From contig JBNAVB010000001.1 in assembly GCA_049699715.1 (NCBI GenBank), forward strand, positions 808 to 64,807: a stretch of DNA of 64,000 nt. Direction: 5' to 3'. Under the pieces are notes generated by a model. That model was not told the origin of the DNA. It searched no databases and saw only the letters and a list, made by a program, of their open reading frames with translations. The translations under genes were made by a program, and so were the position numbers. Below are positions 30,870 to 40,050 of this stretch, one piece after another (within the stretch, counting starts at the first letter, position 1; the number at the start of each line of letters is the position of its first letter). The DNA is from Candidatus Pacearchaeota archaeon (GTDB lineage: Archaea; Nanobdellota; Nanobdellia; Pacearchaeales; UBA284).

Positions 30870-31964
30870 ATGGAAGAAAGTGAAAAAGCTAAGTTACGCG
30901 AACTGATTGAAGAGCTTGAGAGTTACAGAGGAAGGCACACAGAGCTCATAACTGTTTACGCACCTGCTGGTTACAGCATAAATCAGATAGCTAATCAATT
31001 GCTCTCGGAACAGAGTACTGCAATGAATATAAAGAGCAAAACTACGAGGACTAATGTTATAGATGCTCTCGAGCGGATCATGAGACATCTCAAGCTTTAT
31101 AAAAAATTGCCTGAGAACGGCTTTGCGATATTCTGCGGCAATGTCAGCAAGACAGAAGGGCAACCTGACATAAGGATATGGGCTATTGAGCCTCCACAGC
31201 CGATGAAAACAAAGTTCTACAGATGCGACCAGACTTTTGTTTTAGAACCTCTTAAAGAGATGCTTGAAGCCACAGAGGTGTATGGATTGATTGTACTTGA
31301 CCGTAAAGAGGCTACTTTTGGCTTGCTCGAAGGCAAAAGTATCAAGTTCTTAAGAAAATTGTCAAGCGGAGTGCCCGGCAAAATCAAGGCAGGGGGGCAG
31401 AGTGCTGCGAGATTTGAAAGATTGACAGAAGAAATAGCCAAAGAATTCTACAGAAGAATCTCAGAACATGCTAAAGACTTGTTTTATGATATGACAAAGC
31501 TTAAAGGAATAATCGTCGGAGGCCCAGGGCCTACAAAAGAGGAATGGCTTAAGGAAGGGAATCTAACTCCTGAACTCCAAAGAAAAATTGTTGCGATTAA
31601 AGATGTCGGCTACACTGACGAGCGAGGATTGACGCATTTGGTTGAAGCAGCCAAAGAAGAGTTGGCAGAGGCTGAAATAACAAAAGAAAAGAAAATTCTC
31701 GAGAGATTCTTCAATCTGCTGGGCAAGTCATCCAACAAGGTTGCTTATGGCAAGGAAGACGTTGCCAAGGCCTTGGAAATGGGTGCTGTTGATACCATTA
31801 TAATTTCAACCAAGTTTGACAAAAATGAAGCGCGGGAGCTTGAAAAGAAAGCTTTCAGCATTGCTGCGGAGGTAGTTTACGTTTCAACTGAAACTGATGA
31901 AGGAATCCAGTTCAGCCATCTTAAGGGAGGTATTGGCGCAATATTGAGGTTCGCAATCCAGTAA
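30870..31964 (+). CDS. prf1: Peptide chain release factor aRF1
   Basis: NIKS motif (NIKSKTTRTN), GGQ motif (KAGGQSAARFERL), ~360 aa. Confidence 0.85.
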   Translation: MEESEKAKLRELIEELESYRGRHTELITVYAPAGYSINQIANQLLSEQSTAMNIKSKTTRTNVIDALERIMRHLKLYKKLPENGFAIFCGNVSKTEGQPDIRIWAIEPPQPMKTKFYRCDQTFVLEPLKEMLEATEVYGLIVLDRKEATFGLLEGKSIKFLRKLSSGVPGKIKAGGQSAARFERLTEEIAKEFYRRISEHAKDLFYDMTKLKGIIVGGPGPTKEEWLKEGNLTPELQRKIVAIKDVGYTDERGLTHLVEAAKEELAEAEITKEKKILERFFNLLGKSSNKVAYGKEDVAKALEMGAVDTIIISTKFDKNEARELEKKAFSIAAEVVYVSTETDEGIQFSHLKGGIGAILRFAIQ

Positions 31965-31993
31965 ATCTATAAAAATTAAAAAAAGATTAAGAA

Positions 31994-32551
31994 ATGACAA
32001 AAGAAAACAAAGAAGTCATCAAGAAGATTGAGGCAGTGTTGTTTCTCTCAGCGAGATATCTCACTACCGATGACATCGTGAGATTCACAGGGGTTAATCC
32101 ACTAACTGTAAAAGAAATCATGCTCGAGCTGATTAAAAGATACAACAAAGAGGACAGCGGCTTGACAATTATCAGACAGAATGTAGAAGGTAAAGAGTTA
32201 TGGAAGATGGATGTCAGGCAAGAGTTCCATCAGCTCATCAACAAAATAGCCACAGGAGAGAGCGAGTTTACCAAGGCAGAACAAGAGACTTTGGCTGTGA
32301 TAGCTTACAAGAAACCAATCAAGCAGAGCGTTGTTGTCAAGATTCGTGGAAACAAAGCTTATGACCACATTAAACATTTCATTGAATACGGCCTTGTCAA
32401 GTCAAAAAAAGCGGGGAGAACTTACGAATTAAATGTAAGCGAAAGGTTCTATGATTATTTCAATCTGGATAAGGAAGGGAAAGTCGAAGTGAAAGAAAAG
32501 AGCGAGAAAGAGGTAAACAAAGAAAATGCAATTGTTGATTCCGGATACTAA
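31994..32551 (+). CDS. scpB: Segregation and condensation protein B (ScpB-like winged-helix)
   Basis: IEAVLFLSARYLTTDDI...TAEQETLAVIAYKKPIKQSVVVKIRG matches the ScpB tandem winged-helix pattern. Confidence 0.6.
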   Translation: MTKENKEVIKKIEAVLFLSARYLTTDDIVRFTGVNPLTVKEIMLELIKRYNKEDSGLTIIRQNVEGKELWKMDVRQEFHQLINKIATGESEFTKAEQETLAVIAYKKPIKQSVVVKIRGNKAYDHIKHFIEYGLVKSKKAGRTYELNVSERFYDYFNLDKEGKVEVKEKSEKEVNKENAIVDSGY

Positions 32552-32885
32552 TTTTTTAATTTATCTTGTAAAATTCAAGATGTTAGATGAGCTTGATAAT
32601 TATAAACTTATAACCATCAAACAAATTCTTGAAGAATTGGACAAAATAACCAAAGCAAAGAAGGTGAAAGTCGACGATAGGGTTGCTGCCTCTATCGCTT
32701 TAGACTATTTTATATCGAAAAGGCCCGAGATTAAGAAACAGGAAGGCCTTGTGGATGACGCAATCATCGCGCTTGCAAAAAAACTTGGCGCGGCTGTAGG
32801 AACGATGGACAAGGGCCTAAGCTCAAAAGCTAAAAAAAAAGGTATAAAAATAATAAAAATCAGGCAGAAAAAATATTTGAGGTGA
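32526..32885 (+). CDS. PIN-domain protein (VapC-like nuclease fold)
   Basis: Acidic quartet in PIN order: LIPDTNFLIY (D), EEL (E), VDDAIIALAKK (D), GTMDKG (D). Overlaps the scpB 3' end by 26 nt. Confidence 0.45.
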   Translation: MQLLIPDTNFLIYLVKFKMLDELDNYKLITIKQILEELDKITKAKKVKVDDRVAASIALDYFISKRPEIKKQEGLVDDAIIALAKKLGAAVGTMDKGLSSKAKKKGIKIIKIRQKKYLR

Positions 32886-32891
32886 AAAAAG

Positions 32892-33323
32892 ATGAAAAGG
32901 TTAAGAAAAGGGGTTTTTGTTGTTGTATTCAGCTTGAAACCTCTTCGCTATTTGCTCTTGCGTCGCAAACTTCACTGGAAAGGATGGGAATTTCCTAAGG
33001 GCGGCGTGATAGCGCGAGAGAAGATAGAGAATACTGTTAGAAGGGAAGTTCAAGAAGAAACAGGGTTAAAGGTTCTAAATATTATTCCATTCAAAAGTAA
33101 GGGGGAGTTTACTTATGACAAAAAAACACAGCGTGAAAGAAAAGCTAAAGGATTTAGCTATATTTTATTTGGATGTGAAGTTAAAAAAGGCAGGGTAAAA
33201 ATAAGCAAGAAAGAGCATGATAATTTCAAGTGGCTGTCTTATGCAAAAGCAGTGAAACTTTTGAGATGGCCGAATCAGAAAAAAGCCATTAGAATCGTTA
33301 ATGATGCTCTTAAAAAGGTTTAA
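32892..33323 (+). CDS. NUDIX hydrolase
   Basis: Nudix box GGVIAREKIENTVRREVQEETGL (Gx5Ex7REUxEExGU). Confidence 0.7.
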   Translation: MKRLRKGVFVVVFSLKPLRYLLLRRKLHWKGWEFPKGGVIAREKIENTVRREVQEETGLKVLNIIPFKSKGEFTYDKKTQRERKAKGFSYILFGCEVKKGRVKISKKEHDNFKWLSYAKAVKLLRWPNQKKAIRIVNDALKKV

Positions 33324-33371
33324 AAAGCTTTCAAAATATAAACTAACATAATCTCTTGAAAAATTTGAAAA

Positions 33372-33983
33372 ATGTTTTATATTGTTGAAATTCAAGATCA
33401 CGTAAGGGTTGAACCAGAGTTGTTTGGCTTGCCTGTTAAAGAAGCTGTTCTGCAACAACTTCAGAAGAGCTTTGAGAATTATATCGACGAGGAACTTGGC
33501 GCTGTAGTGGCTGTGTTAGACGTGTTACATGTCGGCGAAGGCATTCTTATCCCAGGAGATGCCGCTGCTTACTATGACTCAGAATTCAAGTTGCTCATAT
33601 TCAAACCGGTTCTGCAAGAGCTAGTTTATGGGCAGATAACCCAAATCACCAATTTTGGCGCGTTCATGAATCTCGGAGCAATGGAAGCCATGATTCACAT
33701 AAGCCAAACTATGGATGATTATGTCTCTTTCAGCAAAAGCGACGCGCTCATAGGCAAGAGCTCGAAACACGCATTGAGGAAGGATGATTTGTGTATCGCA
33801 AAAATAGTCTCGGTGAGTTACAAAACATTGCCCCCCAAGATAGGATTAACGATGAGACAGCCGGGATTAGGAAAGATAGAATGGATACAAGAAGACAAGA
33901 GAAGGGCAAAGATAGCAGCTGACAAACTTGCGAGGGCAGAAGGCAAGGAAGTAAAAGGCAAAGGCAAGGGAAAGAAAAAATAA
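33372..33983 (+). CDS. rpoE1: DNA-directed RNA polymerase subunit E' (Rpo7)
   Basis: MFYIVEIQDHVRVEPELFG N-terminus and an S1-like C-terminal domain typical of Rpo7; conserved position before spt4. Confidence 0.8.
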   Translation: MFYIVEIQDHVRVEPELFGLPVKEAVLQQLQKSFENYIDEELGAVVAVLDVLHVGEGILIPGDAAAYYDSEFKLLIFKPVLQELVYGQITQITNFGAFMNLGAMEAMIHISQTMDDYVSFSKSDALIGKSSKHALRKDDLCIAKIVSVSYKTLPPKIGLTMRQPGLGKIEWIQEDKRRAKIAADKLARAEGKEVKGKGKGKKK

Positions 33984-34005
33984 AGAATAAAAACAAGGAA
34001 TAAAA

Positions 34006-34197
34006 ATGAAGAAAGGTAAAAAAGCGTGCAAGAAATGTAAAGCATTAGTAGAGAGCGGAGACAAATGCCCATTGTGTCAGAGCACCCAACTCGTGGACTC
34101 GTGGAAAGGGCAGGTTGTCATATTGAAACCTGAGGAAAGCGAAATCGCGAAGGAAATAGGTATCAAACAGAAGGGCACTTACGCGATAAAAATCTAA
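34006..34197 (+). CDS. spt4: RNA polymerase subunit E''/Spt4 (zinc ribbon)
   Basis: 63 aa, CKKCKALVESGDKCPLCQS zinc ribbon, located directly after rpoE' as in most archaea. Confidence 0.65.
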   Translation: MKKGKKACKKCKALVESGDKCPLCQSTQLVDSWKGQVVILKPEESEIAKEIGIKQKGTYAIKI

Positions 34198-34220
34198 ATT
34201 GATTAAAAGAAAAGAGAAGA

Positions 34221-34532
34221 ATGAAATTCAAGATCGAAAAAAAAGAAGACAATCCTTTAATGGAAAGATACGAATTGTATGTAAAGATAGAGGACACGGG
34301 CCCAACCCCTTCAAACGAATATGTGAAACAAGAGGTGTCAAAAGCAACCAACAAATCTTCTGATTTGATTGTAATGAAAAAAGTGTTGCAAGCTTACGGC
34401 AAAAAAGAAGCTAACGCATGGGTTTATGTTTATGAATCTCCTGAAGCCTTGAAAAAGTTCGAGCATGCAAAAAAAGAAAAGAAAGCAGTTGCAGGGGCTC
34501 CTGCAAAGACAGGGGGAGAAAAAGTAAATTAA
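34221..34532 (+). CDS. rps24e: 30S ribosomal protein S24e
   Basis: [39 protein letters not shown] matches the eS24 N-terminal consensus. Confidence 0.8.
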   Translation: MKFKIEKKEDNPLMERYELYVKIEDTGPTPSNEYVKQEVSKATNKSSDLIVMKKVLQAYGKKEANAWVYVYESPEALKKFEHAKKEKKAVAGAPAKTGGEKVN

Positions 34533-34537
34533 ATAAA

Positions 34538-34780
34538 ATGGCGAAAGTAGTTCAAAAAGGGAAAAAGAAAAGAAAACCGAGGAAGCCGAGCGAGAGATGG
34601 AAGAAGTATAAAGTATCTGGCGAACATGTTGAAAGAAGCGCAAAATTCTGTCCGAGGTGTGGCCCCGGAGTTTTCTTGGCCAATATGAATGACAGGATTT
34701 TCTGCGGGAGATGCCACTACACAGAGTTCAAAGGTAAAACAGAAACAAAGGTAGAGCACAGAGAGAAAAAAAGAGCGTAA
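34538..34780 (+). CDS. rps27ae: 30S ribosomal protein S27ae
   Basis: [28 protein letters not shown] zinc-ribbon core of eS31/S27a. Confidence 0.8.
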   Translation: MAKVVQKGKKKRKPRKPSERWKKYKVSGEHVERSAKFCPRCGPGVFLANMNDRIFCGRCHYTEFKGKTETKVEHREKKRA

Positions 34781-34854
34781 AAAGAAATAAAAAGGGTAAA
34801 AAACTGATTATATCAGCTATATTATATAATTAAAAAAGTAAAAAAGGAGGTAAA

Positions 34855-35025
34855 ATGGCAAAATTGACTGCATGGCTTGTTACTTTAATAGGAGTGCTAC
34901 TCGTTTTAGCATTGCTTTTGCCTGCCACTTTCTCTGGACTGTGGTTTAATTGGGTAGTTGCTTTAGTAGTACTTGTTATAGGCATAGGCAAGCTCATAAG
35001 AAACTATAGCTACAAGAAAAAATAA
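34855..35025 (+). CDS. Small (56 aa) hydrophobic membrane protein, preceded by GGAGG
   Basis: MAKLTAWLVTLIGVLLVLALLLPATFSGLWFNWVVALVVLVIGIGKLIRNYSYKKK, two predicted TM helices, SD-like aaaGGAGGtaaaATG. Not in the ORF track (<60 aa). Confidence 0.3.
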   Translation: MAKLTAWLVTLIGVLLVLALLLPATFSGLWFNWVVALVVLVIGIGKLIRNYSYKKK

Positions 35026-35083
35026 ATCTTTATTTTTACTTTTTATTTTTTTAATTTAGATATTTTAATTTTTATGTTAGAAG

Positions 35084-35422
35084 ATGACTGAACAAAAACC
35101 TGAAAAAGCTGTAGCCGTCGATGTAAAGAGGGTCATGCCTATATTTGCAGACCACGTTCTTGTTGCTAACATAATCAAAGCGCATACCGAAGACTGGAAG
35201 AAAAAGAAACATATTAAGAAAGAGGGTTATGTTACACTAATTTTTATAGACACTCTCACTCACCAGGCTGTTTCGCGAGTTGTAGTTTCAAGGGGCACTG
35301 CAGAAGCGCTTGAAAAAGCTTTAGGAGAGAGCCTCGAGAAATTTGACAGGGAGCTCAAAAGCAAGGAAGTGAAAGGCAAGACAAAAGTCGAGACGACAAA
35401 TGTAGGGAAATATCTAGGGTAA
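35084..35422 (+). CDS. Hypothetical protein
   Basis: 112-aa ORF; no motif recognised. Confidence 0.35.
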   Translation: MTEQKPEKAVAVDVKRVMPIFADHVLVANIIKAHTEDWKKKKHIKKEGYVTLIFIDTLTHQAVSRVVVSRGTAEALEKALGESLEKFDRELKSKEVKGKTKVETTNVGKYLG

Positions 35423-35769
35423 ATCTAGGGTAAAATATCTAGAATAAAAATTCTAAGGAGATAGATTAAAAATAAAAAGCGGGGCCAGAATTTAAAGAAA
35501 TAATGGCTGTAATCCGCTAAAAACCTCAGTTTTTATTAATAAATTGAATATTGATGCGTGATTAAAAACCCTGGGAAAGACTCTTGGGAAAATCAAGCAG
35601 ATGCCCCTCAAGCCTTTCCTGGGTAAAAAGAGGTGATAATATTTTGAAGCAGAAGAAGTATTTAAATCTTTCGGTTTGTAGTAATTATATAGTAGTTACT
35701 AATTCCCGGGATTTTAGGGCTGTTCCCTTTAAGCATAATTAGATTTTTAAGTCGGAAAAGCTAGGATTA

Positions 35770-36615
35770 TTGATGATAAAAGAGCAAGGAAAAGGCAATA
35801 AGAATAATACCGTGGGTCAAGAACAGCTCTATGACATGCTTGTTTCTAGAGAAGTATCATGGCAGGCGATTATCTATGATTTGATTAAGACTGAACAGCT
35901 CGACCCTTGGAACATTGACTTGATATTTCTTGCGCAAAAATATCTTGAAAAGGTTCATCAGCTAGAAGAGGAGCATGTTTTCTTCATCTCAAGTAAGGTT
36001 TTACTTGCTGCGGCCATCCTGCTCAGAATCAAGAGTGAGTTGCTAAGAGAAAATATTGTCGCTATCGACGAGATTCTTTTCGATAGGAAGAAGAAAACAA
36101 GCGCGAGCGAGTTGATAGACTCATCAAGCGTAATTGATTTTGTCTCTGAAGACTATGAGATATTGCCTCGAACCCCTATTCCTCGCGCTAGAAAAATTAC
36201 ATTGCAAGAGCTTATGGGGGCATTAGACAGGGCTATCAATACAGAACACAGGAGAATAAGGAGGGAATTGTCATTGAAACGAGTTACTTACGATGTTGGT
36301 TTTGTCATGCCAAAAAAAACTGTGGATATAAGGGAAAAAATCAAAGAACTTTATAATAAAATCAAGGAATTTTTCACAAGGAAAAAAACCGGCGAGTTCT
36401 TGACTTTTAGCGAGCTTGCTGGCACAAGCAAAGATGAGAAAATAGCTTGTTTCTTGCCTGTATTGCATTTAGACACTCAGGAAAAAATATATTTGGAGCA
36501 GCAAGAGCCTTTTTCAGAGATAAACATCTGGCTAAAGGAGCTCAGAAAGCGGGAGGAAGCGCAAGAGGCTGTTAAAGCAGAACAAGAAGCTATCAAAGAA
36601 AATAAATTACAATAG
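35770..36615 (+). CDS. scpA: Segregation and condensation protein A (ScpA kleisin)
   Basis: LYDMLVSREVSWQAIIYDLIKTEQLDPWNIDLIFLAQKYLEKV matches the ScpA N-terminal consensus; winged-helix-like C-terminus. Confidence 0.6.
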   Translation: MMIKEQGKGNKNNTVGQEQLYDMLVSREVSWQAIIYDLIKTEQLDPWNIDLIFLAQKYLEKVHQLEEEHVFFISSKVLLAAAILLRIKSELLRENIVAIDEILFDRKKKTSASELIDSSSVIDFVSEDYEILPRTPIPRARKITLQELMGALDRAINTEHRRIRRELSLKRVTYDVGFVMPKKTVDIREKIKELYNKIKEFFTRKKTGEFLTFSELAGTSKDEKIACFLPVLHLDTQEKIYLEQQEPFSEINIWLKELRKREEAQEAVKAEQEAIKENKLQ

Positions 36616-36872
36616 CAGAGAAAATAGAAAAAAATCAAACCTTTTCTAAAAAATATATTATGTCGTTTATGTCTTCTTCGATGCCCCCGGATGTGCATTT
36701 TGTATCATTCCTAGAGCAACTACATTCTTCATCTCTCATCTGCAGATATTTCAGTCTATTCTTTTTCTTGTATGATAAGGAATCCCATAAATTATTAGTT
36801 CCGTCTCAAATCTTTATTTTTACCTATTTTAATCTGAAAAATTAAAAGAAAGCTGAAAAATTAAATAAAAAA

Positions 36873-37445
36873 TTATGCAGCTTTCCTTCCTTCTTCTTCT
36901 TTCTTTTTATACATCTCTACAAGTGTTTCATTGCTCATGTCAGTCATGAGCTCAGCGTACAAGTTTCCTTTGAGTTTTTGTGTGTCAATTATGCTTATCG
37001 CAGTCAATGCTTTTTTTGCTTCTTTGCCTTCATCATTTTTTCCTTTAGCCACTTCCTTTAATTGGCTAACGGTATAAGTCATATATTTCTTAAGGCCCTC
37101 TAAAGCTTCTGCTGGAATTTTGTATCCCTTGTCCATAGCTCTTTTAACAATTGTAGCCACAGTCGCATTTTCCAAAGCGCTTCCATAGTGTTGGCTATAA
37201 AGCCCGATTGCGTGGACTAAGGCGCTATCTCCTATCCCTGTTCCAGCCCCTACTCCTTCCATGGCCCTTTCCAAGGATTGGCCGATAATAGGGTCATCCT
37301 TAGTCAAACCGTAAGCTTTGTAGTAATGGTATCTCATTGCATTTACTGCCATTGCAGGATCTGTTTTAGCTATGGAGCCTGCTAAAGCAGCATATTCGTT
37401 CCTAGCAAGTTGCTCAAGACTTGTAGTTTGCTTTTGTTCTGCCAT
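36873..37445 (-). CDS. Hypothetical soluble protein
   Basis: 190-aa ORF, Ala/Gly-rich middle (EGVGAGTGIGDSALVHAIG); no assignment. Confidence 0.4.
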   Translation of the reverse strand: MAEQKQTTSLEQLARNEYAALAGSIAKTDPAMAVNAMRYHYYKAYGLTKDDPIIGQSLERAMEGVGAGTGIGDSALVHAIGLYSQHYGSALENATVATIVKRAMDKGYKIPAEALEGLKKYMTYTVSQLKEVAKGKNDEGKEAKKALTAISIIDTQKLKGNLYAELMTDMSNETLVEMYKKKEEEGRKAA

Positions 37446-37451
37446 TTTTAT

Positions 37452-37625
37452 TTAGTTTATTTGATTTAGCATCTGGTTTTGAGTATTTAACTCTTTCACC
37501 TGACTTTCATCTGACAAATCTTTAGTTAAAGCCTCTTCCAGGCCTTCATGATCCTGAGGGAAAACCCCCTTTTCTTTATAGATTACTATTTGAGTTTTAT
37601 TGTAAGACTTTGTTTGATTTGTCAT
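37452..37625 (-). CDS. Small hypothetical ORF (57 aa) 6 nt upstream of the preceding gene
   Basis: MTNQTKSYNKTQIVIYKEKGVFPQDHEGLEEALTKDLSDESQVKELNTQNQMLNQIN; tight spacing suggests co-transcription. Below the ORF-track length cut-off. Confidence 0.25.
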   Translation of the reverse strand: MTNQTKSYNKTQIVIYKEKGVFPQDHEGLEEALTKDLSDESQVKELNTQNQMLNQIN

Positions 37626-37753
37626 AATTATCTCAGTATTTTGAAGTTTATAAATCTTTCGGTTGTTGTCTCATTTAAGTAGTGACAAATAATGGATTAT
37701 AGGATGCGTTAAAAAGTGGAAAACTTTAAATAAACATTCAGGTTTTAAAATAT

Positions 37754-38458
37754 ATGTTCAACAAAAAAATCAAATGTGTCTGTGGGAAGAAAATCGACGC
37801 TAAGTATAACTTCTGCCCTTTTTGCGGCCGCAACCTTAAGGCCAAGCTCGAGAAGGACAAGGTTCGCGAGAAAGAAATTAATGGAATGATCAAACAAGTG
37901 GAGGAAGCTTTCAATGTTCCTTTTCTCATGAAATTCCCGTTCGAGAAACTTGTTAAACAGATGATGAAAGAAGTAGACAAGCAATTCCAAGAATACGACG
38001 AGCAACTCGCAAATGCTCAGAAAGAGCCAAATGTAGTCTCGTCTGGAATCAGTATAAGCATAAACTCCTCGCCGGAAGGTCAGCCAGTCATAGAAGTCAA
38101 GCAGTTTGGTCAAGGACAAGAAGCTGAAAAGGAGATAAAACCTCGGAAGATCAAGGAAGAGAAAATAAAGAAATTGCCCAAAGCAAGAATCAGCGAAGCA
38201 GAGGCAACGAGACTAGCAAAACTTCCAAGGAAAGAACCAGAAACGAAGGTTAGAAGATTGACAGACAAAATTGTTTATGAAATCTCATTGCCCGGAGTTC
38301 TCGAGGAGAAAAATATAATCATAAATAAGCTGCAGAACAGCATCGAGATCAAGGCTTTTGCAAAAGACAAGGCTTATTTCAAGTTAATCCCCTTAGATTT
38401 GCCTATCCAGAATTACAAGCTCGAGAAAGAGAAACTTATTCTTGAGCTGAAGCCGTAA
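37754..38458 (+). CDS. Zinc-ribbon protein with a C-terminal Hsp20/alpha-crystallin-like domain
   Basis: N-terminal CVCGKK...CPFCGR ribbon; the C-terminal ~80 aa (KIVYEISLPGVLEEKNIIINKLQNSIEIKA...FKLIPLDLPIQNYKLEKEKLILELKP) follow the ACD pattern of small heat-shock proteins. Confidence 0.4.
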   Translation: MFNKKIKCVCGKKIDAKYNFCPFCGRNLKAKLEKDKVREKEINGMIKQVEEAFNVPFLMKFPFEKLVKQMMKEVDKQFQEYDEQLANAQKEPNVVSSGISISINSSPEGQPVIEVKQFGQGQEAEKEIKPRKIKEEKIKKLPKARISEAEATRLAKLPRKEPETKVRRLTDKIVYEISLPGVLEEKNIIINKLQNSIEIKAFAKDKAYFKLIPLDLPIQNYKLEKEKLILELKP

Positions 38459-38498
38459 AGAGCCATAAATTTTTAAATTATAATTTCCTCAAGTTATT

Positions 38499-39539
38499 AT
38501 GAAAAGAGAATTGCTGCCGTTGGTTTTGTTTGTATTAATACTCTCATTGGGTTTGGCATCAGCTCAATACTACAATTATGGCTACGGCACGAGCGGCTTT
38601 GGGGGATTGCCTTCTATTGCTGAGCTCGTGAACAACGAGTGGGTCAATGCTGCTGTAATCTTCTTGTTTGTGTTCGCATTCGTGTGGTTTATCACACAGC
38701 AAGTTTTCAACGCAAGCAAACCAGCAGCGGTTGTTATCTCGATAATTCTTGCGTTGATAGCTGCTTTTGGTGTTGTTTACATGTACGGCCCAATCATAGC
38801 TAGATTCGGCAACCTAATCTTCTTCGCAGTCTTCGCAGGAATAATTTTATTATTATGGTTCCAGTTCAGACATGCTAAGACAGTTGTCTTTATCGCATTA
38901 GCTGTTGCTTCATTAATCTGGCTTTTGTTTCTCCGAGGACAGTTATGTCCTCCTTTCGGAATTCTTTTCCAAGAGCTCTGTGTCATCCTTGATGTTATTG
39001 CTATAATTCTTATTATAATTTTGATCATAAGGTTATTGTGGGCATTGTTCAACAAATTAAGAAGAGGAGTCAGGCAAAAGGGGGGAGGTCCAGAGGCAGT
39101 TGAATTGATTATCGAATCAACCCCTGGCGGAACAACTAATCCACCGCCAGGCTCTTATCCTGTTCAAAAAAATAGCGTAGCAACAATAGTTCCAATTCTA
39201 GATTATGGCCATGTCATTGATCATTGGACTGTCGATGGGCACAGTGTTAGGGCATACACTTTAACAATCAAAGTCAAAAAACGAACTTATGTCCGAGCGT
39301 TCTTTGCTCGCGAGGGAAAGAAGAAAGAGCAAGAAGAAAGAAAAGCCATAACTTATGAAGAGAAAAAGATGTTACCTCCGCCAGCTGAGATAAACAGAAT
39401 CAAGCGAGATCTGATGCGCGTGCAAAGTCTCACAGACAAGGAGATGAAGAAAGGAGAGAGAGCAAATCAACAAAGAATTGATAAGCTCCTTGCAATGCGC
39501 AACAGATTACAAAAACGATTACACGAGCTTAGGAAATAA
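38499..39539 (+). CDS. Polytopic membrane protein with signal peptide and charged coiled-coil C-terminus
   Basis: Signal-like N-terminus, at least five hydrophobic helices, a Pro/Gly-rich linker, and a basic helical C-terminal region. Confidence 0.45.
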   Translation: MKRELLPLVLFVLILSLGLASAQYYNYGYGTSGFGGLPSIAELVNNEWVNAAVIFLFVFAFVWFITQQVFNASKPAAVVISIILALIAAFGVVYMYGPIIARFGNLIFFAVFAGIILLLWFQFRHAKTVVFIALAVASLIWLLFLRGQLCPPFGILFQELCVILDVIAIILIIILIIRLLWALFNKLRRGVRQKGGGPEAVELIIESTPGGTTNPPPGSYPVQKNSVATIVPILDYGHVIDHWTVDGHSVRAYTLTIKVKKRTYVRAFFAREGKKKEQEERKAITYEEKKMLPPPAEINRIKRDLMRVQSLTDKEMKKGERANQQRIDKLLAMRNRLQKRLHELRK

Positions 39540-39594
39540 TCAACAAATTTATAAATCCCGAATAGATAATAAAATAAAAGAGGTAAAAATAAAA

Positions 39595-39789
39595 ATGTAT
39601 GCAAAAACTTTGATGTTTATTGCAGGGATAATCGCATTGGTTGTAAGTGCTGCAGGATTAGCGATTAATTTAGGTTACGCTTTTGCATTTTTAGAGGCAT
39701 TGCCTTCAAACCCTATGATATATTTGGCTATAGATGCTATTATTGGATTATTGCTAGTAATCTTTAGTTTCCAAAGGTCACTGTACTAA
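39595..39789 (+). CDS. Small two-helix membrane protein (start at internal Met)
   Basis: MYAKTLMFIAGIIALVVSAAGLAINLGYAFAFLEALPSNPMIYLAIDAIIGLLLVIF; A-rich upstream sequence aagaggtaaaaataaaaATG. Confidence 0.3.
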   Translation: MYAKTLMFIAGIIALVVSAAGLAINLGYAFAFLEALPSNPMIYLAIDAIIGLLLVIFSFQRSLY

Positions 39790-39816
39790 TAAAAATCTGA
39801 GGTAAATAAACAAAAA

Positions 39817-40041
39817 ATGAAACCACGAGTGATGTTAATAGTGTTTGGACTTCTTATAGCAATATTAAGCATCCTTGCTTTGTTACAAGGTACAAGCATA
39901 ACCGGCTTTGCAACAGTCTCAACCTTTTTGGAAGAAAAACTTGATTTCCCAACATCAGCCACATTCTATTTGATTACTATTTTAGTCATTAGTATCCTCG
40001 CCATAGTTCTGGGACTAAAACATAGAAAAGTTGTTTACTAG
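39817..40041 (+). CDS. Small two-helix membrane protein
   Basis: 74-aa ORF, two hydrophobic helices. Confidence 0.3.
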   Translation: MKPRVMLIVFGLLIAILSILALLQGTSITGFATVSTFLEEKLDFPTSATFYLITILVISILAIVLGLKHRKVVY

Positions 40042-40050
40042 TAATCAAAA

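Noticed and set aside
33748-34759. Minus-strand ORFs across the rpoE'-spt4-S24e-S27ae cluster (33748..33996, 33818..34072, 33867..34064, 34163..34354, 34338..34643, 34529..34759)
   Set aside because: Antisense to a conserved, well-supported operon; Leu/Phe/Ser-rich artefactual translations.
36660-38119. ORFs 36660..36845(+), 36477..36698(-), 36271..36468(-), 37738..37980(-), 37745..38119(-)
   Set aside because: Either antisense to scpA / the Zn-ribbon-ACD gene or located in an AT-rich convergent terminator region; no motif support.
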